Assembly (NCBI GenBank): GCA_041393965.1
Contig: JAWKJB010000002.1
Location: forward strand, 339 to 64,338
DNA: 64,000 nt
Origin: Acidimicrobiia bacterium
Lineage (GTDB): Bacteria; Actinomycetota; Acidimicrobiia; Spongiisociales; UBA5794
Reading direction: 5' to 3'
The position numbers and the translations under genes were made by a program. Below the pieces are notes generated by a model. The model ran no database searches, had not been told where the DNA came from, and was given only the letters and a program-made list of their open reading frames with translations. Below, piece by piece: positions 1 through 10,213 of this stretch (positions are counted from its first letter, which is position 1; every line of letters starts with the position of its first letter).

Positions 1-228
1 GCTGCGTTCGTGCTGTTCCGTGACTACAACTACGCGGTTCGTCGGGCGGTTCTTGTCCCGGTGGAAGTGGTCAGAGCCCAGTCCAACTATCGCAGCCACG
101 TGAACGGCTCAGTCGTGATGATGCGCGGCGCCCTGCTCGACCATGAGGATGCCGAAGACATCACGGATCGGCTCCGGGCGGCTGCCAGTGACGGTTAGCG
201 TCGGGGGACGGGCCGGACGGGTGGCTCC

Positions 229-969
229 GTGTCGCCGTTCCGGCCACAGGCCAACCGCATCCGCGATGCTGCCTACAGCCGCGACGATCTCAAGAAGTTC
301 CTCATCGAAGCGGACTTCCAGGTCGGAACCGCACACAGCTTCCAAGGCGACGAACGGGATCTCATGATCTTCTCTCCGGTCGTCACAGATGGGATCGCCT
401 ACGGCTCGGTACGATTCTTGAACGCGAACTCGAACCTGTTCAACGTCGCAGTCACACGCGCACGTGCTGCACTCGTCGTCGTCGGTGACGCCAACTCTGA
501 GGCGATCAAGGGGGTGACATATCTCGCAGCGTTCCGCGACTACGCAATGGATGTGAAGGATGAGCCAGCGCTTCTTGACGGACTCGTCAAAGTCGATCAT
601 GGCCCTACCTACCCGGACGTTGTGAATCCTGACCAGGTCTCGACATGGGAACGCCTCTTCTATCGGGAGTTGTACGCGGCCGGAATTGTCACATCACCAC
701 AAGTGCCAATTGAGAACTACCGCCTCGACTTGGCTGTCATCGATGGCGTCCGACGTCTCGACATCGAAGTTGACGGCGAGCACTACCACCGCGCATGGAG
801 CGGGGAGCTCGCCAGACGCGATCAGCTGCGCAACCAGCGGTTGATCGAACTCGGCTGGGACATCCAACGGTTCTGGGTTTATCAGATCCGCGACGATATG
901 AAGCGCTCGGTTGCTCGTGTCCGCTGGTGGCTCGAGAACGAGGGGCCGACGACTCGTAGCCGAGGCTGA
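229..969 (+). pseudogene. Superfamily-I helicase C-terminal domain (AAA_12-like; SFQGDERD, NVAVTRAR motifs) fused to a DUF559/Vsr-like endonuclease domain. The N-terminal helicase core is missing; upstream same-frame ORF 10-198 ends at an in-frame TAG at 196-198.
   Basis: Translation shows helicase motifs V/VI followed by the DUF559-like segment DLAVIDGVRRLDIEVDGEHYH. Same frame as ORF 10-198 but separated by a stop; no upstream helicase motifs I-IV in the window. Confidence 0.55.
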
Positions 970-1267
970 CAGTCGACGGCGCCGGTTGCCGAGGGCGACA
1001 TTCAACCCGTTCAGGTGAACGGAGCCGTGACTCTGGGGTTCCAGCGGCCGGTGCCGACCCATCGGACGGCTTGCGTGGTGTCGAATCCTCCGGTCCCACT
1101 CGTGAGGCATCGTGTCGCGGTATTCGGGAAGCCGGTTCCGTTGATGACGAGGCGACCGCACTCCGGTCGGGTCGCGCACCGAGCGGAGTCAGTAATGTTG
1201 AATCAAACAGCGGTCAAGGATCCACAGCTGCTCCATACGATCATCTGGTGGTAGCCCACCATTACTT

Positions 1268-2391
1268 ATGGCAGTAAAGGTCCCTTACACTGGTTTAGTG
1301 CTAACGGAACGGGAACAACAGATCGTCGACTTGCTCCGACGCGATCCGCTGATGGGAACCGACGCTTTGGCCGCGACACTGGGAACTAGCCGGGCCTCAA
1401 TCAATGTGCACATTTCCAATCTTGGCAAGAAGGGCGTGATCCTTGGCCGTAGCTATGTCCTGGACGAGCGGCCCGGCGCTGTCGTTATCGGTGGGGCCAA
1501 CCTAGACCTCAAGGCTCGCAGCAAGGCTCGGGCGTCTGGCCAGACCAGCAACCCCGGCCACGGCTCGATGGCGCCGGGAGGCGTAGCACGCAACATCGCT
1601 GAGAACCTCGCGCGGCTCGGCGACCGCGTGCACCTGATCAGCATTGTGGGGCGCGACCCCATGGGCGATAATCTGCTCGACCACACCGCGGCGGCGGGTG
1701 TACGGATCGAGCACGTAGTACGGACCGATCGGCCGACTGGCACGTATACCGCGGCGTTGGACGTCGACGGTGAATTGATTGTCGCGATTGCTGATATGGA
1801 GGCGACCTCCGAGCTCGGACCGGAGCAGCTCCACAACGCACGCGACCTGATCGCAACTGCCGGGGTGCTGGTCCTCGACGGGAACCTGCGCCGCGACACC
1901 CTCGACTACGCACTCGATCTGGCCCCGGGCGTGCGCACAGTCTTCGAGCCGGTCAGTGTGCCCAAGGCGGTCGGTCTCAAGGAAGCAATCGACGCCCGGG
2001 TCTACGCCGTCACCCCCAATCGCGACGAACTTGCTGCGCTCACCGATTCGCCGACGCGCACGGACCGGCAGGTGCGCGCGGCAGCGCGTGCCCTGCATGC
2101 CCGCGGCATAGAATTGGTCTGGATCAGACTGGGCGAGCGTGGCTCGCTGCTCAGCACGACCGACCACGCCATCGAAATCCCTGCCATTCCGACCGTCGTG
2201 CAGGATGTCACAGGCGCCGGCGACTCGATGCTGGGCGCTTTCTGTCATGTGTTGCTCAAGGGCGGCTCGCCGGAGGAAGCCGCCCGATTCGGCCATGCTG
2301 CCGCCGCTCTGACCATTGCCAGTTCGCACACAGTGAGACCCGATCTGACCCCGCGCCTGGTTCAAGCTGCCCTCGACCAGAAGGAACAAGA

Positions 2392-2395
<4 letters not shown>
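1268..2395 (+). CDS. psuK: PfkB-family kinase with an N-terminal winged-helix HTH extension; putative pseudouridine kinase
   Basis: N-terminal ~60 aa HTH (EREQQIVDLLRRDPLMGTDALAATLGTSRASINVHISNLGKKG) followed by a ribokinase/PfkB fold with the GAGD motif (VTGAGDSMLGAF). Overlaps psuG by 4 nt. Confidence 0.7.
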
Positions 2396-3312
<917 letters not shown>

Positions 3313-3351
3313 GCACCAGCGGAACTGTCAAAGCGGTGGTCGGCCGGTCCT

Positions 3352-3388
3352 GGCGCGAAGGCCGCGGGTTCGAATCCCGCCCGCGCTA
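3352..3388. other. GC-rich hairpin containing an exact tRNA T-loop-like 11-mer (GGTTCGAATCC). Either a bidirectional terminator between convergent genes or a remnant tRNA 3' fragment (att-like).
   Basis: Sequence GCGCGaagGCCGCGGGttcgaatCCCGCccGCGC. No D-arm, anticodon arm or 5' acceptor strand upstream, so it is not a complete tRNA. Confidence 0.3.
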
Positions 3389-3413
3389 CGAAGGGGAACC
3401 TTGGAACACCTAA

Positions 3414-3926
3414 TCAATCGATCTGATGGCTGTCTGTTTCGCTGAGGGTTTTGCGTAGGAGGGGCAGGGAGGCGCGGTCCTTGTCCCTGCCGGCTGCTTG
3501 TTTGCTGCGAATCACATCAGCCAAGGATGCCACCATGACGAAAAGTGCTGGCGATGTGCGGATTTGGGTGGAGTCGGCGGATCGTACGAGGTCTTTGTAG
3601 CCGGTTGTGCCGTCTGGCATGAAGACGAGATCAAGGTCGCCGTGGATCGTGGTCAATGTCCAGGAGTCCACGGATTGCAAGAAGCCCGGCTCTATCGGGA
3701 AGGCAAGCCCTTCGGGAGCTTCTGCGGTGCGTAGCTTGGCTTCAAGAGCCGTGAGCGCATCTGCGAGCTGGGTGAGGTTTTGGGCGTCGTTGGCTGGGGT
3801 GATGTCGATGTCCTGTGTGAGGAGCGGTGCGCCTCGGAGCCTTGCGGCGATGCCACCGATCACAATGAACTGCACATCGTGGTCGATGAGCACCTCGAGG
3901 AGGGCAACAGGATCGAACTCACGCAT
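3414..3926 (-). CDS. Minimal nucleotidyltransferase-fold protein (possible toxin/partner of the upstream XRE regulator)
   Basis: N-terminal hG[GS]...DhD NTase signature (FIVIGGIAARLRGAPLLTQDIDI). 8-nt overlap with the upstream XRE gene. Confidence 0.6.
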   Translation of the reverse strand: MREFDPVALLEVLIDHDVQFIVIGGIAARLRGAPLLTQDIDITPANDAQNLTQLADALTALEAKLRTAEAPEGLAFPIEPGFLQSVDSWTLTTIHGDLDLVFMPDGTTGYKDLVRSADSTQIRTSPALFVMVASLADVIRSKQAAGRDKDRASLPLLRKTLSETDSHQID

Positions 3927-4236
3927 GTGCAGCGTCCTGCATAGCCGTTAGGGCATTGACGGCTCGTGCCATGGACCCGAGTCGTTGTTCGGGGGTGACG
4001 GCAAGCTCTCGTCTGATGAGGGCGATGTCGTGATCGTCTCGTGGGGTGATGCTGATCGTCAGGTCGAAACCGGCTGCTCGCACGGCCTGCTCGACCGTCT
4101 CCAGCGAAGGCGAGGTGCGACCCCTCTCCCATCGGGCAACCACAGGCTGGTGAGTTCCCAGACGGCGGGCGAATTCTGCTTGGGTCAATCCAGCCCGTTT
4201 CCGAGCTTCGGCGATGATCCTTGCACTAGACGACAT
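3919..4236 (-). CDS. XRE-family helix-turn-helix transcriptional regulator
   Basis: Classic XRE HTH (AGLTQAEFARRLGTHQPVVARWERGRTSPSLETVEQ); first gene of a two-gene module. Confidence 0.75.
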   Translation of the reverse strand: MSSSARIIAEARKRAGLTQAEFARRLGTHQPVVARWERGRTSPSLETVEQAVRAAGFDLTISITPRDDHDIALIRRELAVTPEQRLGSMARAVNALTAMQDAAHA

Positions 4237-4249
4237 GCCTCATATCATA

Positions 4250-4261
4250 AACGATATCGTT
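4250..4261. promoter_or_regulatory. Perfect 12-bp palindrome AACGATATCGTT, with a second ACGATAT half-site 17 bp downstream, in the AT-rich region just upstream of the XRE gene. Candidate autoregulatory operator.
   Basis: Seen directly; local AT-richness contrasts with the ~68% GC genome. Confidence 0.4.
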
Positions 4262-4395
4262 GTCATACCAGATACGATATTTATCGAGGGTTCCATCGCG
4301 ATGGTCGTGGGAGTCGAGCGAGCCTCGGCGTCGTCGACCAGCGCCCAGCCGCTCAACCCGAGACGAATGCCTGCCGGGGGCGGGCCAATGGTTGC

Positions 4396-4869
4396 CTAAT
4401 CCGGCTCGGCCTCGTAGAACTCGGCCATGCGCTGCTCCATCTCCGATTGCGACAGGTCTTCGATGTGCTGCGCGAGACCCCAAGTGTGGCCGAAGGGATC
4501 GGCCAGCCGACCTCCCTTGTCGCCGTAGAACTGCATCTCCAAGGGGTAGACAACCTCACACCCGGCTGCGACTGCCCGCTCCGAGAGTGCGTCGACATCG
4601 TCGGTGTAGATGAACAGGGCTGCTGACGACCCGCCCAGGTTCTTGGGCGATGTGGTTGGACCGTCTGGCCACTCGTCACCCAACATCACCACGGAGTTGC
4701 CGATCCGGATCTCTGCGTGGGCAACCATCCTGTCGGGTCCTTCCATGCGGGGTTCAATCTCGGTCGCTCCGAATGCGTTGATGTAAAAGTCGATTGCCTC
4801 TGAACATGGGCTGACGGTGATCGCGGGTGTCACCGTTCCGAGGCGATCCGGAATCCCCGAGGCTGTCAT
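4396..4869 (-). CDS. VOC-family (glyoxalase/bleomycin-resistance fold, PhnB-like) protein
   Basis: ~157 aa from the internal ATG (MTASGIPDRLGTV...); the longer ORF N-terminus is Arg-rich junk. Confidence 0.65.
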   Translation of the reverse strand: MTASGIPDRLGTVTPAITVSPCSEAIDFYINAFGATEIEPRMEGPDRMVAHAEIRIGNSVVMLGDEWPDGPTTSPKNLGGSSAALFIYTDDVDALSERAVAAGCEVVYPLEMQFYGDKGGRLADPFGHTWGLAQHIEDLSQSEMEQRMAEFYEAEPD

Positions 4870-4919
4870 GGCTTCTCCCTGTGCCGGTCGTTTGATGTCG
4901 AATCTAGGCGATGGTGCCT

Positions 4920-5315
4920 TCAGGTCGTCGAGTCCGGGTCTTCGATTTCGGCCATGGATCGGAGAATGCAGAACTCGTTGCCCTCTGGATCGGCCATCAC
5001 GACCCACGAGACATCCGCGCTCTGTCCCACGGACACTCGCCTGGCGCCGAGTGATTCAGCGCGGGCGACTTCGGCGGATTGGTCGTCGGGTCGTAGGTCG
5101 AAATGAAGCCGATTCTTGGTCGACTTGCTCTCCGGAACTCGAAGGAACAAGATGTCCGGCGACACACCATTTTCGGGGGAACCTGCCGGTGGTTCGAGCA
5201 CGACCTCTTCGTTGTCTTCATGGGTTATGCGCCATCCGAGCAACTCGGCCCACCACCGAGCAATGGCTGCCGGTTCGTTCGAGTCCACGGAGATGGATTG
5301 CCAACGCATGACCAT
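4920..5315 (-). CDS. Glyoxalase-like domain (VOC superfamily) protein
   Basis: 131-aa C-terminal part of the long ORF (MVMRWQSISVDSNEPAAIARWWAELLGW...) has protein-like composition. The upstream 265 codons of the 396-aa ORF are low-complexity. Confidence 0.6.
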   Translation of the reverse strand: MVMRWQSISVDSNEPAAIARWWAELLGWRITHEDNEEVVLEPPAGSPENGVSPDILFLRVPESKSTKNRLHFDLRPDDQSAEVARAESLGARRVSVGQSADVSWVVMADPEGNEFCILRSMAEIEDPDSTT

Positions 5316-5529
5316 CGTCCCAGTATCGCAGATCGTTTCATTGAATTGTTTCCATCGTTCTTGTGGCGGCTCCGTCCCCTTCGGATTGCGAAGCCGATGC
5401 TTGCGCAGGCCAACGGCAGCGACTGTCGCAGCCGTACCGCGATTGAGGATTCGCTCGGCGGTAGCAGCGGGCTGTCGGTGGAGATCGCTTTCACGGCTCA
5501 AGCCGGGCGACGCGGCTTGAACCAGCCGG

Positions 5530-6159
5530 TCACTTGACGCGTTCGAACAGGTCGGCGAACGGTGAGTTGGTGTAGCCGATCCCTCTGCCGAGTTTGTGGA
5601 GCCGTTCAACGGTGACGGGTTGCGGCTTCTTCGGGACGAAGTAGGAGTCCAGCTGTTGATCGTCGATGCGGTAGCCACGGGTGCCGCCTGACTTGACCAC
5701 CGCACCAAGCCGGTACCGATCGTCGATCGAAGCCATTGCTGCATCACCGTGGCTCGGGTTGACCAGCAGCTGCCCACCGACTCGCAGGTAGCGGGTGCAG
5801 TGTTCCGACACGAAACCCGCATACAGCGACACCAGCAGGTCGTAGGACTCGTCGGCGAGACCCAAGTCCTCTCGGTAATCCCCCGCAATGAACTCGAGCG
5901 TTCGCTTTCCGACGCTGGTTTGGCATGCCGAAACGATCTCACCAACACCTTCGACATCGTCGAAGAAGGTCGCCGCCCTGTGATCGGAATCGATGTAGGT
6001 GACGGCGGGGAAGACGAATGAGGCCGCAACATCGACGAACGACCCCGGATAGAGCACTCGTGACGCTTCGATGTGTGTCGCCACCGCGGCGAACAAACGC
6101 CGCCGGTCACCGTGGTGTCGATCCTGACTCGACCACAGCGTCTCAGTTGACGACCTCAT
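5530..6159 (-). CDS. Putative class I SAM-dependent methyltransferase-like protein
   Basis: Motif-I-like VLYPGSFVDVAASFVFPAVTYIDSD and post-motif YDLLVSLYAGFV...GGQLLV. Start placed at the internal ATG; the longer ORF reaches 6279. Confidence 0.45.
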   Translation of the reverse strand: MRSSTETLWSSQDRHHGDRRRLFAAVATHIEASRVLYPGSFVDVAASFVFPAVTYIDSDHRAATFFDDVEGVGEIVSACQTSVGKRTLEFIAGDYREDLGLADESYDLLVSLYAGFVSEHCTRYLRVGGQLLVNPSHGDAAMASIDDRYRLGAVVKSGGTRGYRIDDQQLDSYFVPKKPQPVTVERLHKLGRGIGYTNSPFADLFERVK

Positions 6160-6277
6160 CCGGTCACGATAGGAGCCGAGGCGTTCGCTGACAGCTGCGG
6201 GTACAGCCGACCGCGAGGGAATGGCGGAATGGCGGGGGAAACGGCGAGACTGGGGCTCATGATGCGAGCGGGTACCC

Positions 6278-7780
6278 ATGGGCCTTCCTGACAGCGATCT
6301 TCCTGACGCCGATGTGCACGAACGACACTCGCGGTTTCGATCCGGCCGTCTTCAGCCCGGACCTTGGGTTTGGGCGCTCGTTTCCGCTGTGCTCCTAATG
6401 GCAGTGTCGGGAAGGCATGGCTTTCATCGGGATGAGCTCTACTTTGTGGTTGCTGGTCGGAATCTCGCGTGGGGTTTCATCGATCAGCCACCCTTCACAC
6501 CCTTGGTCGCCCGAATCTCGGAGCTTGTCGGCGGCACATCTCCGGTGGTGCTCCGTGTCCTTCCTGCCTTGGCGGTTGCGTCCGTCTCGCTGATGGCCGC
6601 CGCCATGGCCAGCCGCCTTGGAGGGGGTCGAGTCGCGCAGACATTTGCCGCGGCCACCGTCGGTCTTGCGGGGGTGCTCCTGGGCGAGGGCCATCTCCTG
6701 AGCACCGCAGTGTTCGACTTCGCCCTGTGGAGCGCCGCTCTCCTCATCCTGATCGTGCTCCTTGATGGAGGGTCACCGAAACTGTGGGTTGCACTGGGGC
6801 TCGTGATCGGTGTGGGGCTCCAAAACAAGCACACCATTGCTTTCCTGGCAGCCGCGATGCTTGTGGCGATCCTCCTGACGCCGCAACGCCGGATCCTGAG
6901 TGGCCGCTGGCCGTGGCTCGGCGCTCTCGTCGCAGGGGTCATCGCCTTCCCCAACCTGATGTGGCAGTGGGATCATGGCTTTCCCCAGTTCGAAATGGCT
7001 CGGGCCATCTCCAGCCGCAGCGACGGGCCGCTCGCATTCGTCTTCTATCAACCGCTTCTGCTGTCGGTCACGCTCGCAATCCCGGCCGCAATCGGCCTGT
7101 GGCGCCTCGCAAGGTCACCTACCTTGAAGACTTGGCGGTCCATCGCCATCGGCTATGGGCTCTTGTTCTCGGTGTTTCTTGTGACCGGTGCCAAGGCCTA
7201 CTACATCGCCCCGATGTACCCGGCTCTCCTCGCTGCCGGTGCAGTGTGGTTCGAAGGGCTGTCGAGCGCACGGAGGCGCCTCGTGGCAGCGCTGGCGGGT
7301 GCCGGCATCGTGATCGGAGTCCTCATTGCTCTCCCTGTGACTCCGGTTCGTTATACATCGACGCTCGATGCAACAGGCGAGGTTGCCGAGACCGTAGGCT
7401 GGCCCGCTCTGGTCGAGCAGGTCGCTGCCGTCTACGAGACGATCCCTGAAGCCGATCGGGACCGCGTTGCCATATTCACCGCTTCGTATGGGGAAGCTGG
7501 CGCGATCGATGTGTTGGGTCAACCGGCTGGCCTCCCGGCGGCCAGTAGCGGTCACAACAACTATTGGCTATGGGGGCCGCCAGCACACCACGGGCCCATC
7601 GTCGGGGTGGGGAGGGTCGAGGAGGCATTGGCGCTCGTCTGTCCCGGATTCCGTCAGGTCGGCGCGATTTCCAACCCGTATGGTGTCAACAACGAAGAGG
7701 CCGGACTTCCCATCTATCTCTGCACCGAACCGCAGAAGCAGCTTTCCGACATCTGGGACCAGGTGAGGCACTACAACTGA
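6278..7780 (+). CDS. Glycosyltransferase family 39 (ArnT/PMT-like) polytopic membrane protein
   Basis: 500 aa, ~12 TM segments, N-terminal DE/DDxxY-like loop (FHRDELYFVVAG). Confidence 0.75.
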   Translation: MGLPDSDLPDADVHERHSRFRSGRLQPGPWVWALVSAVLLMAVSGRHGFHRDELYFVVAGRNLAWGFIDQPPFTPLVARISELVGGTSPVVLRVLPALAVASVSLMAAAMASRLGGGRVAQTFAAATVGLAGVLLGEGHLLSTAVFDFALWSAALLILIVLLDGGSPKLWVALGLVIGVGLQNKHTIAFLAAAMLVAILLTPQRRILSGRWPWLGALVAGVIAFPNLMWQWDHGFPQFEMARAISSRSDGPLAFVFYQPLLLSVTLAIPAAIGLWRLARSPTLKTWRSIAIGYGLLFSVFLVTGAKAYYIAPMYPALLAAGAVWFEGLSSARRRLVAALAGAGIVIGVLIALPVTPVRYTSTLDATGEVAETVGWPALVEQVAAVYETIPEADRDRVAIFTASYGEAGAIDVLGQPAGLPAASSGHNNYWLWGPPAHHGPIVGVGRVEEALALVCPGFRQVGAISNPYGVNNEEAGLPIYLCTEPQKQLSDIWDQVRHYN

Positions 7781-7784
7781 CCCC

Positions 7785-8561
7785 ATGAGATACATCCTCT
7801 TGATTGTCGGTACCTTCATTGTGTTGCTCACGGTGCTCTGGCTCGGGCAGCGGCGGCTCATCTACTTCCCGGACCGAACGCAACCGCGTCTCAACGCCGA
7901 GGGTTGGGAAGAGATCACCTTCGAGACCGACGACGGCCTCATCCTCTCGGCCTGGTTCGCCCCGCCGCCGGAGGATGCGCCGATCGTGTTGGTCCTTCCG
8001 GGGAACGCGGGGAACCGTCGCGACCGCATCTCGCTTGGCTCCGCCTTGGTTGAGAAGGGGAGGGGTGTGCTCTTGGTGGACTACCGGGGATACGGCGGAA
8101 ACCCCGGCTCTCCCAATGAAGACGGCCTGGCTCGCGACGCCCGCGCCGCGGCGCATTGGGTGGCGTCGGCGGCTCCGAACAACCCCGTGATCTACTTCGG
8201 TGAGTCGCTGGGCGCGGCGGTCGCCGTGGAACTCGCGACCGACCTCCCGCCAGCAGCCCTCGTGCTGCGCTCGCCGTTCACCTCCCTGGGAGATGTCGCC
8301 TCTGCCCACTATCCGTACATCCCGGCACGCTGGCTCCTGCGCGACCACTACCCGTCGATGGACCGCATGGGCGACATCGATACTCCGGTCACCGTCATCC
8401 TGGGAACGGACGACTCAGTCATCCCGCCTGAGCAGAGCCGTCGCCTCTCCGAAGCGGCGTTGAATCAGCATCAACTCGTGGTCGTCGAGGGCTCCGATCA
8501 CAACGATCCCGAACTGTCCTACGGCCCGCAGGTCATCGCTGCAGTCCTCTCGGCCTTCTAG
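7785..8561 (+). CDS. Alpha/beta hydrolase (S9/S33-like; GESLG nucleophile elbow)
   Basis: N-terminal TM anchor; GESLGAA serine motif; D/H downstream. Confidence 0.75.
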   Translation: MRYILLIVGTFIVLLTVLWLGQRRLIYFPDRTQPRLNAEGWEEITFETDDGLILSAWFAPPPEDAPIVLVLPGNAGNRRDRISLGSALVEKGRGVLLVDYRGYGGNPGSPNEDGLARDARAAAHWVASAAPNNPVIYFGESLGAAVAVELATDLPPAALVLRSPFTSLGDVASAHYPYIPARWLLRDHYPSMDRMGDIDTPVTVILGTDDSVIPPEQSRRLSEAALNQHQLVVVEGSDHNDPELSYGPQVIAAVLSAF

Positions 8562-8918
8562 TGCCCCGACCGGCAATGTTTGCCGCGTTGACGGCGGCCA
8601 GATGACATCGCTGGCGGCGTCCTCGTCTTCGACGCATCCCCTGATGCGCCTTCGTCTTGCGTCCTGGCCAGCCATGCCCCTGGCTCGACTTCAACATCGC
8701 CAACGAAACCGGACAGGCACGAGCGATAGCGCCGCGCTGACGAGTCCGATCGCACTGAGATGCTCGACAGATGGCAAGCGACACGGCGAACCATTCCGGT
8801 GCTCGTTCGTCGCCGGATTCGGACCGGGGCGACTGACCGCGGGGACTCCAGATTCTGCCAGTGGATCGCACAATCGGGCGACTACCCTTTGGGGTAGGGA
8901 GACGATGGGAGAGGGCCG

Positions 8919-9182
8919 ATGACCGACGAACAGCGACAGTGGGCAATCAAACGGATCAAGGAGAAGCGAGCCTTCTGGACCCACCTCGTGGTCTACGTCG
9001 CCGTCAACGCCTTCCTCGTCGCGATTTGGGCGATCACCGACCGCAGCTATTTCTGGCCGGCGTGGGTCATGCTCGGTTGGGGCATCGGTCTCGTTGCCCA
9101 CGGATTGACTGTGTGGTTCGGTCCCTCCGACATCACCGAGGAGAGGATTCAGAAGGAGCTGCGAAGGCGTCGCAGCGGGTGA
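8919..9182 (+). CDS. 2TM domain-containing protein
   Basis: 87 aa with two TM helices and a conserved W/F-rich segment typical of the pfam 2TM family. Confidence 0.6.
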   Translation: MTDEQRQWAIKRIKEKRAFWTHLVVYVAVNAFLVAIWAITDRSYFWPAWVMLGWGIGLVAHGLTVWFGPSDITEERIQKELRRRRSG

Positions 9183-9283
9183 GGTACCGAAACCGTTTGC
9201 GATGACAGACTCCTCCGATCAGCAGACCTCGCGAAATCTCTGCCTCCTCGGGGGGCAGCGGTGTGCTACGGTGATGGTGAAAG

Positions 9284-9394
9284 CCCGAGGGGCTCTGGAG
9301 AGTCGGGTTGTCCCGGCTGAGACCTCGTAAACCAGCGAGGATATCCATCGAACCTGAACCGGATCATGCCGGCGCAGGGATCGAGTTCCTCGGG
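9284..9394 (+). ncRNA. TPP (THI-box) riboswitch
   Basis: P1 CCGAGG...CCTCGG; P3 CGGGttgtCCCG followed by GCTGAGA; then GAACCTGAACCGGATCATGCCGGCGCAGGGA, matching the conserved ACCUGAUCYGGAUAAUGCCAGCGUAGGGA core. Confidence 0.85.
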
Positions 9395-9503
9395 CTTTCT
9401 TGATGAATCCGCCGCCACCGCGGCCGCTTCCCTACTTTCTCTCCCGTCCGTGGTCGCGCCTTGCTCGAGAGCCCGCTTGGTGTACGGCTTGCGATCGGAG
9501 TAG

Positions 9504-9519
9504 TTATCACATATGATAA
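9504..9519. promoter_or_regulatory. AT-rich inverted repeat TTATCA-N4-TGATAA immediately before/overlapping the start codon of the AbiEii-like gene
   Basis: Seen directly; sits in a ~40-bp AT-rich island (agtagttatcacatatgataagtatatggtccatatg). Confidence 0.4.
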
Positions 9520-9523
9520 GTAT

Positions 9524-10213
9524 ATGGTCCATATGAGTGCAACACTGAGAACGGTCTTGGCGTCGGCTGCACTGCTGCAGGAGGTCGTGCCTGACGCCGT
9601 GTTGGTGGGTGGAGCAGCTGCGGCGCTGCATGCCGGTCACCGAGACTCGTTTGATCACGACCATGTCCTTGCCGATTTGGTGGAGCGGTACGAAGCCGTA
9701 CTGGAGGCAGTCGAGGCGACAGACGGGTGGGCAACCTCAGTGCGGGCTTCGAAACCGCCGTTCACGATCATGGGCAGCTTGTGGGGTGTTGAGGCAGGCC
9801 TTCGCCAGATGCGCCGCACCCGACCGCTCGAGACCTGTGAGATTGACCTGGATGAGGGGGCGGTTGTGGTGGCTCCAACGGCACCAGAGACACTCCGTGT
9901 GAAGGCGTTTCTGGTCGTGCAACGCAATGTGGTTCGTGACTATCTGGATGTGGTGGCACTCACTGAACACCTCGGATTCGGCAACGCCGTCGAGATCCTC
10001 TCCCGGATCGACGACTACTACACGGATCGATCAAACGAGCACGGCTCAGTCCTGACCTCGCTCGTGATCGCCCTTGCTGATCCCGCACCTCGGGACAGCG
10101 AGGTGATCGGCGAGCTTCCCCGCTACAAGGGACTCAAGGAGCGATACCACCGCTGGGAAGATGTGGTCGAGCTGTGCCAAGCCCTGGCGCTTCGACTCGG
10201 TGGTGCTCTTTAA
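9524..10213 (+). CDS. AbiEii/AbiGii-family (DUF1814-like) nucleotidyltransferase-like protein
   Basis: N-terminal LVGGAAAALHAGHRDSFDHDHVL matches the AbiEii GG...HR.S.DID signature, with DHDH in place of DID; C-terminal K..F...QR...RDYLDVVAL. Stop overlaps the next start (TAATG). Confidence 0.6.
   Translation: MVHMSATLRTVLASAALLQEVVPDAVLVGGAAAALHAGHRDSFDHDHVLADLVERYEAVLEAVEATDGWATSVRASKPPFTIMGSLWGVEAGLRQMRRTRPLETCEIDLDEGAVVVAPTAPETLRVKAFLVVQRNVVRDYLDVVALTEHLGFGNAVEILSRIDDYYTDRSNEHGSVLTSLVIALADPAPRDSEVIGELPRYKGLKERYHRWEDVVELCQALALRLGGAL

Noticed and set aside
10-198. 62-aa ORF at the window start as an independent gene
   Set aside because: Same frame as the helicase-DUF559 fragment and separated from it only by one stop; more plausibly part of a disrupted longer gene than a stand-alone protein.
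3352-3388. Possible complete tRNA gene
   Set aside because: Only the T-arm/acceptor-like 3' portion is present; no D-arm, anticodon arm or complementary 5' acceptor strand in the upstream 80 nt. Kept only as a hairpin/possible tRNA fragment.
4920-6110. 396-aa ORF taken at full length
   Set aside because: Only the C-terminal 131 aa (4920-5315) look like a VOC-domain protein; the remainder overlaps the methyltransferase-like gene region in another frame and is compositionally junk.
8562-8918. 357-bp intergenic region between the hydrolase and the 2TM gene as a possible ncRNA or small gene
   Set aside because: No conserved riboswitch motif, no convincing ORF with SD, no notable repeats; left unannotated.
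9402-9515. 37-aa ORF (MNPPPPRPLPYF...) immediately downstream of the TPP riboswitch as the regulated gene
   Set aside because: Pro/Arg-rich, no SD, no homology features; likely non-coding leader.
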